Shown piece by piece: positions 20,786-28,384 of a stretch of DNA of 64,000 nucleotides. A program made the position numbers and the translations under genes. Source of the DNA: an uncultured Porphyromonadaceae bacterium (GTDB taxonomy: Bacteria; Bacteroidota; Bacteroidia; Bacteroidales; Muribaculaceae); contig CAMWNR010000002.1 of NCBI GenBank assembly GCA_947175665.1, positions 88 through 64,087 of the forward strand. The letters run 5' to 3'. The notes under the pieces are model-generated. The model searched no databases. It saw nothing but the letters and a program-made list of their open reading frames with translations, and had not been told where the DNA came from. Numbering within the stretch: the stretch's first letter is position 1; each line of letters begins with the position of its first letter.

Positions 20786-21673
20786 ATGGAAAAATTCATA
20801 TTCTTGATTATTTCAATGGCAACCGCCGCAATGGGCGCCTGTTCAGGTATCAATAAATACAACGACACTATCTATGACAGTGTAGAGATTGTCAACGGTA
20901 AGATCGTAAACGCAACTCCTAAGGGGGAGATAGGTAAGATGACAACTAAAAGTTATAAACTCGACAGTGAAATCTCCCGAATCACTAATTATACACTTGC
21001 CGATATAGAATTTTTCACCGGACCTGCCCGAATGGAAGTGACCGCACCCGAAAATCTTATCGACAACCTGAAGATTTTGGAAAAAGGACCCACTCTGACC
21101 CTCAGATCCGATATTCTGACTGATGCCAAAATCAAAATCTGGCTTCCGACTCTTGATGAAATAACACTGAAAGGAGTGGGAGATTTTTCTGCAGGACTAT
21201 TAAAATCAAATCGACTTAATATAAATCTCGAGGGGGTAGGCGATGTGAATATTGAGAGGATTCAGACCCCTTTACTGACCGCTAATGCCACCGGCACAGG
21301 AGACATAAACATTAATAAGGTGGAGACTCCGAATGCTCAATTCATCATGGTGGGGACATGTGATTTAAATATCAAAGAAGTTGAGGCGATAGTATTGAAA
21401 TTAAAGTGTCAGGGTGTCGGAAAGATGGACATTTCAAGTGTGGAAGGAAATCAAATCGATCTTCTCTTACAGGGCACGGGTGATGCGTATCTCAATAATA
21501 TCGATATCCAATCCCTGCGCATCGTCTTGCCGGGTGTCGGCAATGCGAAAGTGTCTGGAAAGTGTAGGTCAGCCATAGTAAATTTGTCAGGACTCGGCAC
21601 AATCGATATCAGTAAACTTAAATGCGACAATGTGTCTAAAAAAGTGAATGGCCTCGGAAATATTGAAGAATAA
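20786..21673 (+). CDS. Head GIN-domain (DUF2807) protein, putative lipoprotein
   Basis: 295 aa with the lipobox AAMGAC. It has repeated GVGD/GTGD beta-solenoid-like units (LKGVGDFSAG, LEGVGDVNIE, ATGTGDININ, LQGTGDAYLN). Confidence 0.6.
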   Translation: MEKFIFLIISMATAAMGACSGINKYNDTIYDSVEIVNGKIVNATPKGEIGKMTTKSYKLDSEISRITNYTLADIEFFTGPARMEVTAPENLIDNLKILEKGPTLTLRSDILTDAKIKIWLPTLDEITLKGVGDFSAGLLKSNRLNINLEGVGDVNIERIQTPLLTANATGTGDININKVETPNAQFIMVGTCDLNIKEVEAIVLKLKCQGVGKMDISSVEGNQIDLLLQGTGDAYLNNIDIQSLRIVLPGVGNAKVSGKCRSAIVNLSGLGTIDISKLKCDNVSKKVNGLGNIEE

Positions 21674-21782
21674 CAGCCGCTCGCCGGTTATCTTTGTCTA
21701 CTGACGGCCTTCCGAGAGAGGGAATGTAAAAAATTTTATTCATACAATAGAAAAAAACTATTGCAATAAAAAGATATTATTG

Positions 21783-21790
21783 TAACTTTG
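21783..21790 (+). promoter_or_regulatory. Bacteroides-type -7 promoter box TAACTTTG
   Basis: Exact match to TAnnTTTG, about 140 nt upstream of the ATG at 21930. Confidence 0.4.
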
Positions 21791-21929
21791 TGGCGTAATC
21801 CGAACAGGGGAACTCTCAGACGCGTTATTAAGACGTCGGAAGCAAATTCAGGATATGGAAATCCGGTTTGTTCTCCCCCCCTCTCAGGATTGCATAACAT
21901 ATCAAAGAATACATTCCACTTCGAACACT

Positions 21930-22475
21930 ATGGTATACAAATTTAAACTGGTAAGTGATGAAGTGAGCAACTTTGCTCGCGAAATTGAGATTGACTCCGA
22001 ATCGACATTCCTGCAATTGCGAAATGCTATTCTTGAGTCGGTAGATTTCTCTAAAGATGAACTTGACTCATTCTTCTTATGCGAGGACGACTGGAGCAAA
22101 CAGGAGGAAATAACCCTCGAAGATATGGGCAGTTCTTCCGATCAGGATATTTGGCTTATGGAGGAGACTCCTATCGGTGAACTCGTAGAAGATGAAGGTC
22201 AGAAAATGATCTTTGAGTTTGACTACATGACCGAGAGATGCTTCTTTATGGAACTTAAAGAGATTCAGCCGGGCCGCTCTCTTGTAGAACCTGTATGTAT
22301 CTTTAAGAAAGGTAAAGCACCTATTCAATTTCAGGATACCGATGATTTTGAAGTAAAAATTGACACTACAATCGCTGATCCTCTTAAGGATGAACTTGAC
22401 ATTGACTTCTACGGAGACACAGATTTTAATGAAGATGAACTCGCTGACTTCTCTGATGATCTCAATCTAAACTAA
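21930..22475 (+). CDS. pRiA4b ORF-3-like / IS1096 passenger TnpR-family-like acidic protein
   Basis: MVYKFKLVSDEVSNFAREIEIDSESTFLQLRNAILESV... resembles conserved Bacteroidales proteins annotated this way, judged from memory rather than a search. I chose the start at 21930, which is inside the track ORF that begins at 21855. Confidence 0.45.
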   Translation: MVYKFKLVSDEVSNFAREIEIDSESTFLQLRNAILESVDFSKDELDSFFLCEDDWSKQEEITLEDMGSSSDQDIWLMEETPIGELVEDEGQKMIFEFDYMTERCFFMELKEIQPGRSLVEPVCIFKKGKAPIQFQDTDDFEVKIDTTIADPLKDELDIDFYGDTDFNEDELADFSDDLNLN

Positions 22476-22512
22476 TCGTATAGACCTCCCCTCCGATTTA
22501 TTAAAATTATTT

Positions 22513-22548
22513 AAGGCGCAAAGCAGCATTATCGCTACTTTGCGCCTT
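22513..22548. terminator. Bidirectional hairpin terminator between convergent genes
   Basis: AAGGCGCAAAG-N14-CTTTGCGCCTT, a GC-rich 9-11-bp stem. Confidence 0.6.
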
Positions 22549-22554
22549 GTACGT

Positions 22555-22633
22555 TAATATAATCTTTATTGAATATAATCTATTCTATATTGAATATAAT
22601 CTACTATATTGAATAAATCTATATTGTAATATC
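22555..22633. repeat. Degenerate tandem repeat, ~19-21-nt unit, core TATTGAATATAATCT, about 4 copies
   Basis: Cores lie at 22567, 22588, 22607 and 22622. The last copy reaches the stop codon of the minus-strand ORF. Confidence 0.7.
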
Positions 22634-23000
22634 AGCGCCTGCGTCCGAATATTCTATTAAATAATGACGGTTTTTCCTCCTCCTCTTCCGGGCGGAAATG
22701 TACGCGCAACTGATTATCATTCTTGCCAAGAAATAGGATATGATGAGCAAACACGAATGCCATCATCTTGTCAAACTCCAATACCGCATGCAGACTCCTG
22801 ACCAGAAATCTACGGAACGGATTGAATTCTTCAAGATCATTTAAAACAATCTCTGCTTTTGACAGATCTTCTGAATCAAGAGTAAGATTATGATAATTCT
22901 TCAGCGTAAGGAGCGCATCCTGAAGGTTAAGATCATTCAAATCCTTAGGTGGCTTCTTATTTGTCTTATATATTTCTCTGATTACTTCGTCGGTGATCAT
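22632..23000 (-). CDS. Hypothetical protein
   Basis: The ORF has a plausible start at MITDEVIREIYK (23000), while the track start is 23048. I recognise no family. Confidence 0.45.
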   Translation of the reverse strand: MITDEVIREIYKTNKKPPKDLNDLNLQDALLTLKNYHNLTLDSEDLSKAEIVLNDLEEFNPFRRFLVRSLHAVLEFDKMMAFVFAHHILFLGKNDNQLRVHFRPEEEEEKPSLFNRIFGRRR

Positions 23001-23261
23001 TTTAGTAGCATAATTTATAGCACAGCGGAAAATGATTCCGTATAGCAAAGTGGATATATTAAGGAGAAAAATATGCGTCTGAGAGAGATGTTTATGTGAG
23101 GTAGAGTTCAGGAGATATAGTGGATTTCACATTACCCTGAATCCAAGGGCTGAATTGAGAAGAGTCAATTTAATTTAATAGTGGGATACTATTCTGAAAT
23201 TACAACAACCTATCTTCAATATTGTTCTGTCAAAATTTGGATTTTAACATTTTAAGGTCAT

Positions 23262-23292
23262 AAAAAAAGCACCACTTCAATAGAAGCAGTGC
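23262..23292 (-). terminator. Terminator of the spt gene
   Basis: On the minus strand, the hairpin GCACTGCTTCTATTGAAGTGGTGC is followed by TTTTTTT. Confidence 0.55.
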
Positions 23293-23356
23293 CGTATTTT
23301 ATTACTATTATCAACCTAATCAACTCATCGTCATTAGGTTAAATGTATATTAAGAT

Positions 23357-24547
23357 TTATTTAAGAATACCGTTTTTCTTAAATACTTTCTCGATTGCCT
23401 CCAGCGAACGAGCCACTTGTTCTTTGGTATGAGTTGCCATCAACGAGTATCTGATCAAGGTATCGTGAGGTGCGACTGCCGGTGAAACTACCGGATTTAC
23501 AAATACTCCTTCGTCGAGCAGATCACGGGTAACTTGGAAGGTCTTGTAATCATCACGGATGTATAGCGGGATGATAGGAGTAGATGTATGTCCTATTTCA
23601 CACCCCATAGCGCGGAAGTTTTCGAGGGCGTAATTTGTAATATCCCAAAGATGTTTCTGACGCTCGGGTTCGGCTATCATAATGTCAAGAGCAGCATTAG
23701 CCGCTGCAGTCGCAGCAGGGGTGATTGATGCTGTAAAGATATACGAACGAGAGTGGTGACGCAGATAGTTGGTGATCTCCTTGTCGGTGGCGATAAAACC
23801 ACCGAGTGATGCAAACGACTTCGAGAATGTACCCATAATCAAGTCTACATCATCGGTAGCACCGTAATGATGCACTACACCACGGCCTCCTTCGCCAAAT
23901 ACACCGATACCATGCGCCTCATCTATCATAAGAGTGGCATTATATTGCTTGGCGAGTTTTACCATCTCGGGGATATTGGCTACATCACCTTCCATAGAGA
24001 AAACCGAATCACTTACAATCAGTTTTACCTTATCAGGATCGCACTTCTTGAGTTGGGCTTCGAGCGAAGCCATGTCATTATGCTTATATTTAAGGTAGTT
24101 TGAGAATGAAAGACGTCGGCCTTCTATGATTGATGCATGATCCTGCTCGTCGAGAATTATGTAGTCTTCCCGACCGGTAAGAGTACTCACTACTCCAAGA
24201 TTTACACCGAAACCGGTAGAATAAAGCATCGCATCTTCCTTGCCCATATACTCCGCAATGCGGTGTTCAAAATTACGGTGCAGATCAATGGTGCCATTTA
24301 AAAACGGAGAACCAGCCATACCGGTGCCATATTTTTTGGTGGCCTCAACGGCTGCTTCGATAACCTTAGGGTGATTGGTCAGACCCATATAACTGTTGGA
24401 TCCAAACATGAGCACCTTCTTGCCATCCATCATTACTTCAGTGTTCTGCTCACTTGAAATAGGACGGAAATAAGGGTATATACCTGCGGCTTTCGCCTTC
24501 TGAGGTGCGTCGTAACGCGCCAGTTTCTCTTGTAAAAGTTTCATCAA
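23357..24547 (-). CDS. spt: Alpha-oxoamine synthase family PLP enzyme, most likely serine palmitoyltransferase (sphingolipid synthesis)
   Basis: 396 aa. The segments GIYPYFRPI, VLMFGSNSYMGL, GTFSKSFASLGGF, GVFVNPVVSPAV and LIRYSLMATHT closely parallel the Sphingobacterium/Bacteroides SPT sequences as I recall them. KBL or BioF cannot be fully excluded. Confidence 0.72.
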   Translation of the reverse strand: MMKLLQEKLARYDAPQKAKAAGIYPYFRPISSEQNTEVMMDGKKVLMFGSNSYMGLTNHPKVIEAAVEATKKYGTGMAGSPFLNGTIDLHRNFEHRIAEYMGKEDAMLYSTGFGVNLGVVSTLTGREDYIILDEQDHASIIEGRRLSFSNYLKYKHNDMASLEAQLKKCDPDKVKLIVSDSVFSMEGDVANIPEMVKLAKQYNATLMIDEAHGIGVFGEGGRGVVHHYGATDDVDLIMGTFSKSFASLGGFIATDKEITNYLRHHSRSYIFTASITPAATAAANAALDIMIAEPERQKHLWDITNYALENFRAMGCEIGHTSTPIIPLYIRDDYKTFQVTRDLLDEGVFVNPVVSPAVAPHDTLIRYSLMATHTKEQVARSLEAIEKVFKKNGILK

Positions 24548-24966
24548 TATCAGGTTATTTTATTACCCGGGATATTAAATATCTCGCGGGCAAAATAATA
24601 CTTGTACGCAAAATTAATACTTTCTATCCATATTTCGCCCGTTTTAAGCAAAAAATTAAACCGTTAATGTCATTTTTGTCACGCTTTTTGTCACAGATTT
24701 CCCACGGCATTATAGTGCTTATTTAGTTGTCAAATAAGTTAAGAAATGTGTTATTTTATTTAAACTCAATAATTTAACTAAATTAATCTAAATTAAATCT
24801 CTACTTTAGTGAAACTTTTAGCACGCAATTTGTTAGATAAGTAAACAAAGACTTGGAAATTACTGATCACCGGCATTTAATCCATTTGGGATCGCCGGAT
24901 TTGAGATTTTGCAATTGCCGAGATATGAAAAACGTAATTAATTAAACTATTAAATTTATAAATATC

Positions 24967-26868
24967 ATGGGAAAAATTATTGGTATTGACTTGGGTACTA
25001 CTAACTCTTGTGTATCTGTTCTTGAAGGCAAGGATCCGGTTGTGATCCCTAACAATGAAGGTCGTAACACTACTCCTTCTGTTGTGGCTTTTGTAGACGG
25101 TGGCGAGCGTAAAGTAGGTGATCCCGCTAAACGTCAGGCTGTTACTAACCCGAGCCGCACCATTTATTCTATCAAGAGATTTATGGGTGAAAAATGTGAC
25201 CAGGTTACTGACGAAATCAAACGTGTACCGTATAAAGTAGTTTGCCAGAATGATCTCCCTAAAGTAGATATTGATGGCCGTGACTACACTCCGCAGGAAA
25301 TCTCTGCTATGATCCTGCAGAAAATGAAAAAGACCGCTGAGGATTATCTGGGTCAGGAAGTGACCGAAGCAGTAATCACAGTTCCTGCTTATTTTGATGA
25401 CTCTCAGCGTCAGGCTACTAAAGAAGCCGGTGAGATCGCCGGACTTAAAGTACGCCGTATCGTTAACGAGCCTACTGCCGCAGCACTTGCATACGGTCTT
25501 GATAAATCACAAAAGGAACAGAAAATCGCAGTATTCGACCTTGGTGGCGGTACATTCGATATTTCAATCCTCGAACTCGGTGACGGTGTATTTGAAGTAA
25601 AATCAACCAACGGTGATACTCACCTCGGCGGTGATGACTTTGATAACGTAATTATCGACTGGCTCGCTGATGAATTTAAGAAAAACGAAGGCGTAGATCT
25701 CCGTCAGGATCCGATGGCTATGCAGCGTCTTAAAGAGGCTGCCGAAAAGGCTAAGATTGAACTTTCAAGTTCTGCTTCTACCGAAATCAACCTCCCCTAT
25801 ATCACTGCTACCGCTTCAGGCCCGAAGCACTTGGTAATTACCCTTACTCGTGCTAAGTTTGAGCAACTCGCTGAGAAACTTATCGATGCTGTTAAGGCTC
25901 CATGTGTTAAGGCTCTTGAAGATGCCGGTCTTACTTCTTCTGAAATTGATGAGGTTATCCTCGTAGGTGGTTCTACACGTATCCCCGCAATTCAGACTAA
26001 GGTTAAAGAAATCTTCGGCAAGGAACCTAACAAGGGTGTTAACCCTGATGAGGTTGTGGCTATCGGTGCTGCCATCCAGGGTGGTGTATTGAGTGGTGAT
26101 GTTAAAGACGTCCTTCTTCTTGACGTTGTGCCCCTCTCAATCGGTCTGGAAACTATGGGTGGCGTAATGACTAAACTTATTGACGCCAACACTACTATCC
26201 CGACCCGTAAGAGTCAGGTATTCTCAACCGCCGCTGATAATCAGCCTGAGGTAACAATCCGTGTTCTCCAGGGCGAACGTCCGATGGCTGCAGATGATAA
26301 ACTTCTTGGCGAATTCAATCTCGCAGGTATCGCTCCCGCTCCGCGTGGTGTACCTCAGATCGAAGTAACTTTTGAAGTTGATGCCAACGGTATCCTTAAT
26401 GTATCTGCAAAAGATAAGAATACCGGTAAGGAACAGTCTATCCGTATCGAGGCTTCAAGCGGTCTTACCGAACAGGAGATCCAGCGTATGCGCGATGAGG
26501 CTAAGGCAAATGAAGCCGCTGACCAGAAGGCTAAGGAGCGCGTAGATAAACTAAATCACGCTGACTCTGTAATCTTCCAGACCGAAAAGCAACTCAACGA
26601 ACTCGGTGACAAGATTCCGGCTGATAAGAAGGCTGCAATTGATACTGCCCTCGACAAACTGAAAGAAGTTCACAAGAACCAACTCGTAGAAGATGTTGAC
26701 TCTTCAGTCAAGGCTGTAGAAGAGGCTCTTCAGGCTGCCGCTCAGGACATCTACAATGCCCAGCAGGCCGCCGGCGCAGCAGGTGCAGCAGGCGCAGGCG
26801 CAGCAGAATCCACTCACCACGACGACGAAAAAGACATCGCTGATGTAGACTTCGAAGAAGTGAAATAA
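24967..26868 (+). CDS. dnaK: Molecular chaperone DnaK (Hsp70)
   Basis: 633 aa with [17 protein letters not shown] and the rest of the Hsp70 motif set. Confidence 0.98.
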   Translation: MGKIIGIDLGTTNSCVSVLEGKDPVVIPNNEGRNTTPSVVAFVDGGERKVGDPAKRQAVTNPSRTIYSIKRFMGEKCDQVTDEIKRVPYKVVCQNDLPKVDIDGRDYTPQEISAMILQKMKKTAEDYLGQEVTEAVITVPAYFDDSQRQATKEAGEIAGLKVRRIVNEPTAAALAYGLDKSQKEQKIAVFDLGGGTFDISILELGDGVFEVKSTNGDTHLGGDDFDNVIIDWLADEFKKNEGVDLRQDPMAMQRLKEAAEKAKIELSSSASTEINLPYITATASGPKHLVITLTRAKFEQLAEKLIDAVKAPCVKALEDAGLTSSEIDEVILVGGSTRIPAIQTKVKEIFGKEPNKGVNPDEVVAIGAAIQGGVLSGDVKDVLLLDVVPLSIGLETMGGVMTKLIDANTTIPTRKSQVFSTAADNQPEVTIRVLQGERPMAADDKLLGEFNLAGIAPAPRGVPQIEVTFEVDANGILNVSAKDKNTGKEQSIRIEASSGLTEQEIQRMRDEAKANEAADQKAKERVDKLNHADSVIFQTEKQLNELGDKIPADKKAAIDTALDKLKEVHKNQLVEDVDSSVKAVEEALQAAAQDIYNAQQAAGAAGAAGAGAAESTHHDDEKDIADVDFEEVK

Positions 26869-26891
26869 GTTATAAATAACATAGATAGAAG

Positions 26892-26929
26892 AAGGCGCGA
26901 CTCCGATTTGGGGTCGCGCCTTTATTTTT
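26892..26929. terminator. Hairpin terminator between dnaK and mntA
   Basis: GGCGCGAC-N12-GTCGCGCC followed by TTTATTTTT. Confidence 0.7.
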
Positions 26930-26938
26930 GTGGAAGTA

Positions 26939-27238
26939 TCATGCGAGGGGAATGGCAGTGCGTTGAATCTCCCGGAGTAAAGGTACATAGTCGATGTCTT
27001 TGTACAGGGAAATATCTATTTCGTATGGGAGAAGCAGATCATCGATTTCCGAAATGATCCGTATTAAGTCGTCGCGAGTTAGAGAATCTCCTGTCAAAGT
27101 AAGATCTATATCCGAGAATTCTCTATATCTTCCTTGAGCCCTGGAACCATATAATAGAATACCCTCTACACGATCACAACGTTTTATAGTATCAATAATT
27201 TTAACAATCGTCTCCTCACTCAAACCATACCTGCTCAT
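26939..27238 (-). CDS. mntA: MntA-type nucleotidyltransferase (antitoxin of a HepT/MntA type VII TA pair)
   Basis: 99 aa with the GS-x10-DxD motif (YGSRAQGRYREFSDIDL). It overlaps the HepT-like ORF by ATGA. Confidence 0.8.
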   Translation of the reverse strand: MSRYGLSEETIVKIIDTIKRCDRVEGILLYGSRAQGRYREFSDIDLTLTGDSLTRDDLIRIISEIDDLLLPYEIDISLYKDIDYVPLLREIQRTAIPLA

Positions 27239-28007
27239 CTTTCTGACAATGGAATATTTGATATTATTCCTCTTGTTTTCGCCAACAAGTCTCTAAATAA
27301 AGGATAATAATCTGAAACAATCCTTTGGCTAATTTCTTTAGCCTTCGAATCATTATAATCATGAGCAGACAGATTACGATCTATTATCGTATCCATCCAT
27401 TTTCCATCTGTTATTATACCTAATTTTAAAGCACGGCGATATGTGTCACGACATCCAACCACTTCCGTTTCGCCTTGATATTGCAGATAATCTTTAAGAA
27501 GATTCCAAGAGAGTTCTTGCGTAAACTCAAATCGCTTAGACCCCAACCCACAAGAAATGTTAATGCCAGGGCGGCATATTTTCGAGGGAATTTTGTCAAT
27601 CTCAGAGGGAGCAATGCAAGCATTGTGACCGGAGAGATTGGCAAAATTCACCGGAAAGATGCCGGACAAAGGTAATTTATCTTGATGGGACTTTAAATTT
27701 TGGATTAGATTACTTCCATCTCGCAGAGATACTCCATCTTCAGCCTTTTGGATCAGTCGTTTAGCCCGCTAAACTCCTTCACACTGCAAGGCTAAATCTG
27801 GAGCATCTCTGCGACCCTGGCGTTAACATTTCTTGTGGGTTGGGGTCTTATCAGTGCTTCGCGTGCGATTTCTATATTAAGAGTTAACTCCGTATTAGCA
27901 AAAAGCGTATCTGATTCTTTAAGAAACACTTTTACCTATTCTTCTAACTTTGCGAAGGCTCTGGAATAACTGTCAAATCGATTGATGAAGCGGGTAGCAA
28001 TAGCCAT
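27235..28007 (-). pseudogene. hepT: HepT (HI0074-family, HEPN) toxin gene disrupted by a 311-bp insertion and an in-frame TAG
   Basis: On the minus strand from ATG 28007 I read MAIATRFINRFDSYSRAFAKLEE, then TAG (27938-27936), then VKVFLKESDTLFANTELTLNIEIAREALI. The insertion occupies 27848-27538. Reading resumes with KRFEFTQELSWNLLKDYL...RNLSAHDY (the Rx4HxY motif) and runs to the stop at 27235. The track ORF 27235..27669 takes its first ~44 aa from the inserted element. Confidence 0.75.
27538..27848. mobile_element. MITE-like non-autonomous element with 34-bp terminal inverted repeats
   Basis: The left end is AGACCCCAACCCACAAGAAATGTTAATGCCAGGG. The reverse complement of the right end is AGACCCCAACCCACAAGAAATGTTAACGCCAGGG, a 33/34 match. 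No ORF of transposase size is present. It interrupts hepT. Confidence 0.7.
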
Positions 28008-28150
28008 AAGCATATAAAGATTAAAATTTCAGTAAATGTAATTATTTCACGCGAATATACCAAATTTGAAGGAGTGAGGGCGTTTTGCATTTGGGAGATC
28101 GGGGTTTTTAGATTAACTTTGTATGTTTGAAACTATAAAAACAGTTAGTT

Positions 28151-28172
28151 TTAAGTAAGTAATGAAAATTAA
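28151..28172 (+). repeat. AT-rich motif TTAAGTAAGTAATGAAAATTAA (left arm of an inverted pair)
   Basis: 21/22 reverse-complement match to 28326-28347. Related copies lie at 1060, 9119 and 41037. Confidence 0.7.
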
Positions 28173-28297
28173 TGTGCATATAAAACTTCAAGATTTTTGA
28201 GATAATTTCCATGCGGAGCGAAGGAAGATACTTTGTATCTGACTGAGTGACAATTGGAAATTAGCCAAAAAGATTAAGTTTTATTGCACAAGATATT

Positions 28298-28347
28298 CTA
28301 TTACTACTTACTTTTTTAATATCGTTTAATTTTAATTACTTACTTAA
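28298..28347 (-). repeat. ~48-nt conserved block shared with 1060-1107
   Basis: The reverse complement TAAGTAAGTAATTAAAATTAAACGATATTAAAAAAGTAAGTAGTAATAG compares with TAAGTAAGTAATAAAAATTAAACGATATTAAAAAGTACGTAGTAATAG at 1060-1107. They differ by 2 mismatches and 1 indel. Confidence 0.75.
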
Positions 28348-28384
28348 TAACCTTTTTCGCTAATCTTTGATTTGATAATCAATT

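Noticed and set aside
24815-24840. CIRCE/HrcA operator upstream of dnaK (TTAGCACGC...)
   Set aside because: Only one half-site-like TTAGCAC is present. No GAGTGCTAA inverted partner lies 9 nt away.
27235-27669. Intact 144-aa nucleotidyltransferase substrate-binding (HepT) ORF as listed in the track
   Set aside because: Its first ~44 codons lie within the MITE-like insertion, so the ATG at 27669 is internal to the element. The real N-terminal part of the gene lies at 28007-27849. I annotated it as a pseudogene instead.
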